Both the position numbers and the translations under genes were made by a program. From assembly GCA_965113315.1 (NCBI GenBank), contig OZ220364.1: a stretch of 64,000 bases of DNA. One strand, given 5' to 3'. This document shows, in pieces, positions 12,801 through 24,800 of this stretch (position 1 is its first letter; each line of letters starts with the position of its first letter). The notes under the pieces are model-generated. The model saw nothing but the letters and a program-made list of their open reading frames with translations, was not told the origin of the DNA and searched no databases. The DNA comes from Podarcis vaucheri. Taxonomy: Eukaryota.

Positions 12801-15800
12801 AAGACGAACTTAGTGAGTACTAGACTTAGGAGTTTATAGCGCTTGAATTTTGCAGTAGTAACTTAAACAAAAAGGTGACTGCGAATTGAGTATAACGAGG
12901 CTTTTCCCAACTGGGTGTGTGAGTCTTGTTGGGCTATATTGCAGAACTAAAGCTGCTTTTAAATCCTTCCAAATAGGAAAACTATTTAGACATAAGTCTA
13001 AATAAATCTAGCAGCGTTTTCTGCAAAACAAGCAGGACCTTGGTATAAAGATAAGGAGAATTCTGGCTGCAAATGTCAAGGGTGTATTATCAGGCATTTC
13101 GCAACTCATTTCCTGAGGCTGCAAACCTTGAGGTCCTCCTGCCCTTTGTTATGGATCATTATCGTACTCAATAGCTTATGGGTTCTTTTTGGAAAAGCTA
13201 AACTGGAAATTATTGACAAAACAATGTGTTCTTGAGGGGAGATGGTCTCCGTGTCCCATTTCCCAACACCCCAACTTGCCTTTATAGAATGTGCATTTCC
13301 TTGGCCCTCTTTCCACTGGTATGGCTACTGGCCAATATAAGAAACCGGGAGACTTCCCTAACTGTAGAAATAATTTTTGAGCTCCTATTTTGTATCTTGT
13401 AGGGGCTGGTGTTGGTGATATAGGTGTAGAAGTTGAAGATCCTCAAGGGAAGAACCCCGTGGAAGTTGCAATAGAAGACAAAGGGAATCAAGTCTATCGT
13501 TGCGTGTACAAACCTCTTCAAGCTGGTCCCCATACCATTAAAGTGGCGTTTGCTGGAGAGCAAATTCCCAAAAGCCCTTGGGGTATTCATGTTGGTGAAG
13601 GTATGTGTTTAGGGCAAACGTATAACTATTTAACCATATTACTGGATACATGTGCACATTAAGTGCAGTATCTATGAGACTCTCTAAATGTGGGAATTTA
13701 GTCTTTTGGCTTGGATAAAGCAGTTCAATTCTTGCATGAGTCATTTCCCCCCCCCCAAAAAAAAGGAATTTTAAATGTTAGTATCTTACCACGTTTAACT
13801 AACTGGGTTTTATCAGTCTTGTCATCCTAAATGACCGCATTGCTCTTTCTTACACTTTTAGAATTGAGCTTTCTTGCTGTGTCTCTTTAAAACCAACTAT
13901 ATTCACTTTATTTTGTATCACAACTCTCTTCCTTCTTGAACTGACACTTGGCTTTCTATTCCATCCTTGCCTGCTCCTGTGCTTTCAGACCTCTGCTCAC
14001 CTCTCCTGAGCTACTTTCAATTTGTGAGATGTTGGACTTCACTGCTATTGGCTTCATAGTTGGGCAAGCTCTGTCGGTAAGAGGGTGTGCAGGGTGCACT
14101 TGTGTTGCTGCGTTTTTTCTGAACACCTAGTCAGCAGGTTTGCAGCCCTAAGCAGAAGTGGCTGGGTTGTATGAAAATGTTGCAAGCAGCAGGTCAGGCT
14201 TCAAGCAGTCTCGCAAGAAGTCAAACGGCTTAACCACAAACTGCCAGACTTTGTTGCAAGGAGCTTGAAACTGAACTTCGGCTTGCTGCTACATCCCTGG
14301 TTTGTTGCATCTGCAGATGGATGTAGAACTAGTCAATGGAGATTGGCTGGGGATCAGAATTCCCTGCATGCTTGCAGCAGGACAGCTTTTTGTGGGATGA
14401 ATTGGTTTTCCCTCCAAGGAAATGGTTGCCAACTCCAGAAGGAAAGGCATGGAGTTGAGCTGTTGGGAGCCCAAGCCTGCATGCCTCGCGGTCCAATTTC
14501 ACGGCTAGGCCAAATACTGACAACTGTGAGCCTTCTTATCTCCCATAAATCATCATTCTGTATGTGGTCTTTTTCACACTGTGTATCCAGTGGTTTCTGC
14601 ATACAGACCTGCTTTCCCTAATGGTGACGGTGTTCAGCGAAGCATGTTTAAACTCTTGCGTGAGAATTATATTTCCCCACCTCCATGGTATTGTTCATTT
14701 CAGGCACATCTGCATGGGGCTTCCTCTGGCGATTAAATTTGCTAATTTAGGGGCAGTAGCAGGATCAGCATAGCAACACTGTCTCAACAATGCAAGGTGC
14801 AACATCTCTATGAGATGCTCCCTGTCTCATGCTATGTTTCACTTCTTGCCCTCTTCTTCACCCCCCACCCCTTGAAACCTGAGACTTCACTGGGGGAAAA
14901 AAAGTCTGGTTCAAACTGGAAGGTTTCATCTGCATGCATGCCCTAAGTAAGGCAATATGCCATCCTAAGTTTGAAACATTGAAAATGAGGATACTTTGCT
15001 CCTTTTACCTAAAACACTTTCCTTTTTAAAAAAACAACAACAAGTTTCTGCATTCCCCCCCCCCCCCGGTCTCTCACGCTGATGTAAGTTTGTTAGGAGT
15101 TTAGTTCATTTAAATGAGACTTGTGTTTGTACATAGTGAAGCACGTGAAGCAAAAAAACTGCAACCCCCAGTTTTATGTTAATATAATGTGCATTGACAG
15201 CCTCAGTCTTGCCTCCTTAAGACTGCAAAATGGTGTTCAGGTTTTACATTTCATAAACTTAAAATCTCATCCATCTTAAAGCAAGCTGAGAGAAACCGTT
15301 CCAGAGTAGCTTGGCTAAGTTAAATATCTCTAGGAATCAAAGGCTGTATTGATGTCTGTCTGCAATTCGCTTGCAGCGTGCAATCCAAATGCCTGCCGTG
15401 CCAGTGGTAGAGGCCTCCAACCTAAAGGAGTTCGGATCAGAGAAACCGCAGACTTCAAGGTTGATACTAAAGCCGCAGGGAGTGGAGATATCCATGTGGC
15501 AATAAAGGGACCAAGTAAGTGCTCGGCTTCTTAGCATTGCTGGGGCTTTGGGGTGGGGCCAGGGAAGTTTGCAAAGGGCTTAAAAGTGTAATCCATCGGC
15601 TTGTGATTCTGGTATCTGTATGTTGACTTTATCCCCTGGGGAAACTCCAGAAGTGAAATGGAGCCGTTCTTTTCTCTCTCTCATATCTAATTGCACAAGA
15701 CGAGACTAGGTAAACATGGCTGGAAATTTGAAATGACTGGTTCTTTGGGTGTGATAACCGCCTTGTTTACCTGTTTATACAGAAGTAATCTGAGCTGTGC

Positions 15801-18800
15801 AACTGCTTTAGTGGGTTTGGAAAGGCTTGAACTTCTACTTCACTATCTATGGTGCAAAGCTCTTGGACAAAAGGGGGTGTGTATGTAGCAAAAAACGTTC
15901 AGTAATAATGTTTCATGACAACATTGCTCAAGAAATGTGAAGCAAACATGCAAAAGGGGAAGAAAGGTTAGGCCAAACTAGACAGGATGGTATCAGGTGC
16001 TTGCGTTTCTTTGCTTATCTTCCTGAATGGAATATAAATAAGAGGCTGTGTGTGTGTCAAACTGATAACCAAATGAGATGTGTGGCTGAGGAGTTCCCCT
16101 CTGTTTCAGAAGTGGTTTACCTGGGGAAGTGTAAATACTGGAAACTAATGGAACTTGTATTAATTGTTTGAAATACTCCTCAGCTGCTTGAGGTAACTTG
16201 GACATGATTTGTCAATTTTTATGCAACTTAACTTGACTGTTTCAGGATTTCAGACCGTCATTCTTTTCCTTGTCTCAGACTTGGTAAAAAAATAAGTGAA
16301 ACTTGGCAGTTCAGGATACTACATTTTACACATTTTTGGGAGTTCTGACCTTAAAGATGGATACTCAAAACTGAACTCTAGGATCATTTCCCCTCTGCTT
16401 TGCTTTAGCAAGTTAATGCTTCTGTCATAATGGACAGAAAGTCCCCCGCTGGCTTGCTGATCATATGGCAGACACCTTTTTCTACTCTTGGATCACAGTA
16501 CGGCTTGAAATAGATGCAGGGATTTGTTACCTTCTGGCCCCAGATCAAAATGAATGGCAATCCTTTTCAGCCTTGTACAAATTGGGGATTCTGGTGGGCC
16601 TCTTGCGAGCTGTAATGTGCTTAAAGCGTTGGCTACGGCAGGGTTGCCAACTGTGCACTGTTAAAGACAATAGTCTTGTATCAACAAACTTCGGCATATT
16701 TAGACTGTTACAGGAAAATTAAATCAAGTAGGCATTCCCCAAATACTTGTGGTCATGAGGTCTGATGAAGCTTAAGCTTCCCTTGTTTTAACATGACACA
16801 CATAATTCTTTAGACTAAGGAATAACATAAGGGAATGAGTTAAGCGAGGTAACGTAACACTTTCATTCATCGATCTCTTCTGGAAATATTTATGCCATCT
16901 TTCTTGCATGACAACTTAGAGGCCATTTCTCCTCCTTGCAAACTATTTCTGGTTGGGGGGGGGGCGGGCGGAATGACTTCATTCTTAGCAAATTTTCTTA
17001 AAATACTGGAAAGGGGCAAAATTGCCTGTAACCAGAGGATTGAGGCTGTAACTATGGAAGGCTAATGCTAGATTGATGATATTTCTGCAGAAGGTCTGGA
17101 GGAACTTGTGAAACAAAAGGAGTATGTGGATGGCGTGTATGCCTTTGAATACTATCCAGTAACCCCAGGAAAATACATTGTGACAATCTCATGGGGAGGC
17201 CACAACATCCCTAAAAGGTGAGTTAGAACATCCATTTCAGGTTTGTTTGTTTTTAGCAATAGATGTGTATTCCCTACCAAACACGTTGGAACTGCTTAAG
17301 TTTCCACAGCTGCCAAGAGCAAATTAACTGATGGTAGTACCGTTGTTTGGTCCCAGATCCTGCCTGCCCACCTAGCACTACCTATTTATCTACTTGGACG
17401 TCAAGTGCAAGTAAATAAATAGGTACCGCTTCTGGTTCGCCAGAAGTGGCTTAGTCATGCTGGCAGCATGGCCTAGAAGCTGTCTGTGGACAAACGCCGG
17501 CTCCCTTGGCCTATAGAGCGAGGTGAGCACGCAACGCCAGAGTCTTCCGTGACTGGACTTAATGCTTAGGGGTACCTTTACCTTTTAGTGTCTAGTACAA
17601 GGGTACTACCCTGTTTGGACAAATTGTATATTTCAATTTCTGAAGCGGTGGACTTGTGTCTGCTGCATTAAACCAAATCCCGTGGCACCTTAAAGGCCAA
17701 CAAACTATTGTGGCACAAGCTTTCATCTGTATTTCTAGGTATTGGATTACTATTTGGTAGCACCAAGATTATTCAGATTTTATTTAAAGAGTGGAATTTT
17801 AATGTAGGCAACCTTTGGAATACCTGCCGTATTTTAACTTTCATTGGTCCCTATCTGTTTTCCAAGTGATGCACCACGTAGAGGTTAGGCTCCCACTTCA
17901 TCTATCTGTAGCTCTCGGTCTTTTAGCTGGACAGAGGTGATTGCACAGTAAGCTCTGCCTTGTTCTGGATTCAGGCTGTAACTGGAATCGTTGACAGTGT
18001 AGGGAAGGATAGTGGTGACCATTGCTGCTTTTAGTCCCAAGCTTCTTCTAGAGTCCCAGGTGCATCATATCCTTCCTCAATCTATCTCATCTGATTCCAG
18101 TGGCAGAAATGGAAAAGAAAGGAAGAGGTATTTTGAAGTCTGGATCCAATCCAGGAGGCGCTTACAAAAATGCAGGAGGACAATGTTTCTGGTTAGCTAC
18201 ATCTCTGTAGCTCTACCTGAGCCCATCTTTAGTATCTGATATTAATTGCTCCTAATCCTGCTTTCTGGTGTTTCTGTCATAGCCCATTTGAAGTTCAAGT
18301 AGGCCCTGAACCTGGTCCTCAGAAAGTAAGAGCCTGGGGGCCCGGCCTTCATGAAGGCGTTGTTGGTAAATCTGCCGACTTTGTGGTAGAATCCATTGGC
18401 CCAGAAGTTGGATCCTTAGGTAAGAACTTGCCTGGCATGCCCTGCTTTGCTATATGGTTATTGCATTTATGTGATGCCTAGCTAACTTCACATGGAGAAA
18501 GTCTCTCAACATCACATTGCAGTGGGTGTGGAATCACATCCAATTGGATTTAAAAGAAATTGGTTTGTATAACACTTCTGACAAGAACAATGATGACACT
18601 GTCCTCCACCCAGTTTTAGCATGACAGGCAGTAAATGTTGGCTGATGCCTTTGATTCTCATGATTTTGTGACGGTTACGATGTCTCTGGTAACTTCATTA
18701 TTGACCCTGCCTTTTAGCAGGCTCCAGTGCTATAACACCAAGGGGAAGGACTTTTAAAATTAATTAGTACATTTATAAGCCATTTTTTCCTCCTAGAAGC

Positions 18801-21800
18801 TCAAGTTGGCACACATTAGTCTTCTTTGTCCCACTTTCACCCCACTCTAACTTCACAACAACCCTGTGAGGCTGAGAGACTGTGACTAGCCCCAAGGCCA
18901 CCCAGTCCAGCCCTCTAACCGCAACACTAAACTGGCTTCTGACATAAGTAATGAGAAATTCAGCACACGGCCCCTGAAGCGCAGTAACTGCAGTGAGTTT
19001 TCTGGTTTGCTTTGCAATAGATGGTTTCAGTTCACATAAGGGTTACCTCAAACAAAACCTGCTTAACAGGCTTTAATGCTGTGGATTTAAAAAATGGTTT
19101 TGAACAGGCAGCCCAAGGTCTTTGAGTCCTACTTGCTAAAGCATGGCACCTCTTAACAGCACTACTAACATGTTTGCTTCTTTTAGGTTTTGCCATTGAA
19201 GGCCCATCTCAAGCCAAAATTGAATGTGATGATCAGAACGATGGCTCGTGCGATGTGAAATACTGGCCCAAAGAGCCTGGCGAATATGCCGTTCACATCA
19301 TGTGCGATGACGAAGATATCAAAGACAGCCCCTACATGGCGTTCATCCAGCCTGCTTCTCCAGGCTTCAACTCTGACAAGGCAAGTATCTGAGGAGCTGC
19401 CTCTCTCTCTCAAAAAAGCTGTTAATCTGTCAGCCTTCTGTATAAACTGTGCTAGATGGTATTCAGGGTCAGGATTTAGCCCCAATTTAAAGGAAACTCA
19501 CGGCAACACCAGATATGAGTCTGTCCCAGGTTAGAAGTTCATTACAGGAGAAACTCCTTCCATTGAGGACTGTTGTAAATTTAGGCACTAGTGCATGTAT
19601 GCTTTGCATTGTGAGATGTTCCCAAGAACATCAAGTGGAAAACTATTTATTTTAGCAGTGACATGCAAGGTATATCCAGGTATCTCACTCAAACAAACTT
19701 CGGGCATTGTAGTCTGAGCTATTAACAACCTGTAAAGGTATGTTGACATATTCTCTTATGTTTCTGCTGATCTTTCTTAGGTAAAAGCTTATGGTCCAGG
19801 GCTGGAGCGGACTGGCTGCATTGTGAACAACCCTGCAGAGTTTACAGTTGACACAAAGGAAGCTGGGAGTGCCCCTCTGAGGATCTATGCACAGGTAAGG
19901 TCCAGAGTTCCAGGCTGGAAATACTTAAGATGCCATATGGCCACAGGCATCACAGGATGCTGGACTTGATGGGCAATTAGCCTAGTCCTGGCACTTGCCA
20001 TATTGGCGAGTGTGAGTATGCCCTGAGCCCAAGTCCTTATAAGATACAGGGTCAAGTTTATTCCTTGATAGGAAAGAATTGCACTATTGGTCATGTCAGC
20101 TTGTCCATGTTACCCAGGTGGTTGCTGGTACGTGGTTCTAGCAACACTTGTTAGTGTGAATTTGGTCCTAAGTGGGAGTGGCTGATATTACAATCTGCCC
20201 TGCTCTGTGAAATCTAGCTATAGCCTATAGGATTAAAGTGGAGCAAGTTTTATGGCTCTTTACATGGCGGCAGTGAAGAGAAAGCAGGAAGGGCTTCCAA
20301 TACTGTAGATAAGAAGGTAAACAAAACACTTCTTCGTCCTCTATACCTCTGTTGTGTTCTTGCCTACAAAAGGTTTATACATTCTATGTACCGTTAGAAC
20401 ATACGGTGCCACAAGGTATTGAAAGATGTTCTGCATGGAAGTCTTAAATGCTGACCAGTAAGTTCACACTAAAGACTCTTGACTCGTCATCATTTGTGGT
20501 AAACCAGCAGTGATAGGATTCCAAAACCATGTCGGTCTGTATGTCGCCCCTCTTAAGAGGATCTCTAATCTTCCTTTTTTTTTTTTTTTAACAGGATGCA
20601 GAAGGGAATCCCATTGACATCCAAATGAAAAGCAAGCCGGATGGTATCTATGCCTGCTCTTACAATCCAACAAAACCAATCAAGCACACACTTGCTCTTA
20701 CTTGGGGAGGAGCTAATGTGCCCAATAGTCCTTACAGGGTAAGTTTTAAAAGCGGCTAAATAGCTGCAGCTCTTTATCCTCCAGTTGTAGCATGTCTTAC
20801 CATGTATTATGCACAAACCCTTGCTTATGTTAATTGGCGTTTAGATGGTAGTATTACACTAAGCCCAGAGGTGAAAAACTGTATCCATCTGGCAGGCTGG
20901 ATCTTTATCTCCCTCACCTGCTTGCAGGCCAAGTTTGACAAGTGGGTGGTGCCACCCGCCCGTCAGTCAACTGATACCAGGTGACCAGTTTCTTTAAAAG
21001 AAAAACATGCTTGCAAGACCCAACAGAGTTTTGCTGCTGCTGCTGAGCAGTGCCTGAAAATTCTGTTTCAGCCCTATACCCCGAGCACCCTTGACATCAT
21101 ACGAGGCTGTAGGGCAGGTCTGTGTGGTTTAGGCCAAAATGGTCTTGTAGGACAAATGGAGAAGCCTGGTGGGTCTGATTTGGGTGTTCTCCACTGCTGC
21201 TGTAACCAAAAGTTCAGTCGCTTTGTGCCATTGTTGCACATCTTTATGTGCCACGCAAAAATATTCCCCTTTACTGAGGCCTTTGGCCATTAAACAATCT
21301 ATGGCCTGTTAAAGCTTGGGTGGGGAAAACTGTTCTGACTATTTTATTATTATGCTGTTTGTCATTACGCTTTTTATTAAGTTTTTATAATTATGCTCTG
21401 TAAAATGTGTTGTTAATGTTGTGCACCCTCCTAGGATCTTTTGATAAAGGGTGGTATATAAATAGAAATAATAATAATTAATAATGCACCATTAAAGATG
21501 TAAATGAGATTAGGAAAAGTTATGACCATAAAATAAAGCAGATTCAAAAATACTCATGTTTTCTGGTCCTCTCAGTTCTTAAATCCATTTTTAACTTTGC
21601 CTCAGGTTTTGTTATTTTGTATTTAGTTCCCTGTTCATGATTTTATTTTGTCTCCACATTGTCGAATACTTACTGTAAGCCTTCCCTTTTATGGAGTGGC
21701 ATACAAATGTTGTAATCAAAGTGGCTCCTCCTTTAATTTGATGAAATGTTCCCCCCTAGGTCCAGATTGGGCAAGGCAGTCATCCCCAGAAGGTGAAAGT

Positions 21801-24800
21801 TATTGGACCCGGGGTGGAGAGAACTGGTCTGAAAGCCAATGAACCTACTCACTTCACAGTAGACTGCACAGAGGCAGGAGAAGGTAACACCAGAATCACT
21901 AACACTGTTAACCTAAGCTCTATTTGCTGCTGTTCCAGTGGAACTGTTCTAGAAAGAAATGTGCTAATGGAAGTGGCTGACAAAGCTGTTAAGTCTGTGT
22001 AGATGTGTTAAGGAGGAGTAGAGAGCCTTGGGCTCTCAGGAGTTGCATTTTAGCAACATCTTATCAGCTTTAGCAAACATGACCAATGGTCAGGGGTAGT
22101 TGGTAGTTCAACAACATCTGGAGGGCGTAGGGTTCTCCATACTGGGCGTCAAGCCACAACTACTGATACGAGGGAGCAATTGTGAAGTCATTTTACTAAC
22201 ACATTGATACTTTTGTTTTCTTCCTAGGTGATGTCAGTGTGGGCATTAAATGTGATGCTCACGTATTGGGTGAAGAAGAGCAGGACATAGACTTTGGCAT
22301 CATACATAATGCTAATGATACATTCACAGTTAAATACACACCCCCTGCAGCTGGGCGCTACACTGTCAAAGTGCTGTTTGCTGGAGAGGTATGTAGTTAA
22401 GATGGTGGAGGGGGGAGTTGAGAGGCCATTTTATATTGCTCTCTGGTTAGCTGAAGCTTCTGTATGGATGACATTATCGTATGACTGATTTATTTTTAAG
22501 CTCTGTTTCACGTCTCACAAGGGTTCACACCTGAAGGTCCTCAGGGTGGTTTATGACAAAGAACAGCAATTATAAAAACGTATCTGATAATATATAGAGA
22601 TGGTTGCAGCAGATAAAAAACCACTTAATGGGCTCTTGATTTCATGTTCTGCAGTTGTTTCTGACTCCCTTGCAGTTGTCACTAATATTTGAAGAGCAAA
22701 ATGAATTTCAGTGTTTGCTCTTTAGAAATGAAACTTGTTTAATACACAGATAATACAAAAACGGATAAAAAATTTGATGTTCTCTTGCTCTGTGGCCAAG
22801 GACTGATTGTAGTCGGAACTGATTTAGCATCAGTTAAATAAAAATTTAGGGCACTTCTAAAAGGCACACACCAAGAAATAGGAATGCTCATTAAACCAAT
22901 GGCAGAAAAGGTACCATGCAAAGCATCACTTCCTCTCTGTATGGCACTGTGACATTTGCTTGAATGACCACTTGAAATGTTCCATGATATGTGCAGGAAC
23001 AGCATTTGCCTTTTGACCTTCTGGAGCAGAAGATTAGATTAATATTGGGGTTTCCGGAGTACACACAAAGAGTTGATTACTTAAGGTGGTCTCTGCCACA
23101 AAAAGTTGATTTTATTTTGGTATTCTTTGTAAATAAAAGGAAATCAATAGCTACATAGTCTGGTGTATGTTTGAAGATATACATTTTGGAAAGATGCCCC
23201 GGGTGTCTCGTGAGCTAGTACTTTTGTATTTTCTTACTTGAAAAGAAGACTTACATTGCAACAAAGCTTCTTTTTTTTTGTCTTGAAGGAAATCCCTACA
23301 AGCCCTTTCAGAGTGAAAGTGGAACCATCACATGATGCAAGCAAGGTGAAGGCTGAAGGGCCTGGACTAAGTAAAACAGGTGAGAGTTCACCTTAACTTG
23401 GTGAGTGTGGAAGTTTGGGGGGCTGTCATGATAGCTGTTTGCTTGTTTCTTTTGTCTTCATATTAAAACAGAGCAATACCCAGATTGCGCATACTCCTTG
23501 TGCAATGGACTCCCACTTAAGCAGAAGGGAATTCCTTTCCCTCTCCTCCTTCGCAGCTCCCTGCATGTGTCCAAATCCAAAATGTGTTCTTTAGCCTTAG
23601 GGGACTGCAGTGGGAAGGAGAAGGAAGGGGAAATCCACTAGAACACTGTTGGATCTCACCTGTACAATTCTGGATTTAGGAGAGATCAGTCCATTGATAC
23701 AAAAAAACCCCACAACGTAATCATGAAGAGTTCAGTTTGGTATTAGCCTGGCGTCTTCATTCTGTTAAAAGAAAAAGAAAGCATGGCACACCTTCTTTCT
23801 GAATATGCCTTAAGGGGTGATGATAAATTCTACTTTTTCTCCCACTTAGGTGTGGAAAATGGGAAGCCAACACATTTCACTGTGTTCACAAAAGGTGCTG
23901 GCAAAGCCCCTCTGGATGTTCAGTTCAGTGGACCGATGGCAGGAGATGCTGTCAAAGATTTGGACATAATTGACAACTATGATTATTCACACACCGTAAG
24001 ATACACTCCAGTACAGCAGGTAGGATTTCCTATAAGGGTTATTAATGTGATCTCTTCTGTCTCATGGCTTAGCCCCAGGCAGCATGATAGCAGGAGGACC
24101 AGAGGAGGAGACCATGATCTCCTCTCCCAGGGATGGTTTGGCTGAACTATCACTTTATGTTCAAAATTATGTTACCAGCTGCAACTTTCATTTTTGCCCC
24201 TAGTAGTTTAAGTATAGTGACTGCTATGTGCTTCTGGTGAGTGGCGTTTCTGTTGGTCCTTGTACATCTCCTTCAGGCAAGCAGTAAAACAAAACTGAAA
24301 AACCCATCAGGTCATTCTGGATTGGATCTTTAACATCCTTATATGACTCTTGTAATCCTTAGCAGAGCAGACACTGGTTTCTTCACTGCCAGGCATCTGT
24401 ATTGGTCCATTGATACAGATGGTCTTTCATCTAAGCCATGTTCATTTTCATGCCGAGATGATCTTTTGGGTATTTTGTGCAACTTTTAGGTGTCCATAAT
24501 TTGGAGTAGCTGGGTTCTATAGGCTTTTGTTTTAGTTGGATCTTGGTAGCAGAGACATCAATGCCAGCTTTCTCTTTGGCATGCCGCTCGTGACACTGGC
24601 TGGTGTAAATAGAACTGGAGTTTATGACTTCGGAAAACAGTGGTGCTGTGTACTATGCTCCAGCAACTTGCAGCAAGCTTGCAAGTGGTGGGGTGCATTT
24701 GAGGGACTGTCTTCAAAATATGGCTGACGCTTGTTGAATGTGTTCTTTGGAGGCCAGTTAACTGTTCCTGGCTTGCTTACACCTCAGAAAGAACTATTTT

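Noticed and set aside
18590-18645. Possible C/D box snoRNA (ATGATGA...CTGA) in intron 11
   Set aside because: Short, with no convincing terminal stem or recognisable rRNA guide; FLNB is not a snoRNA host I recognise.
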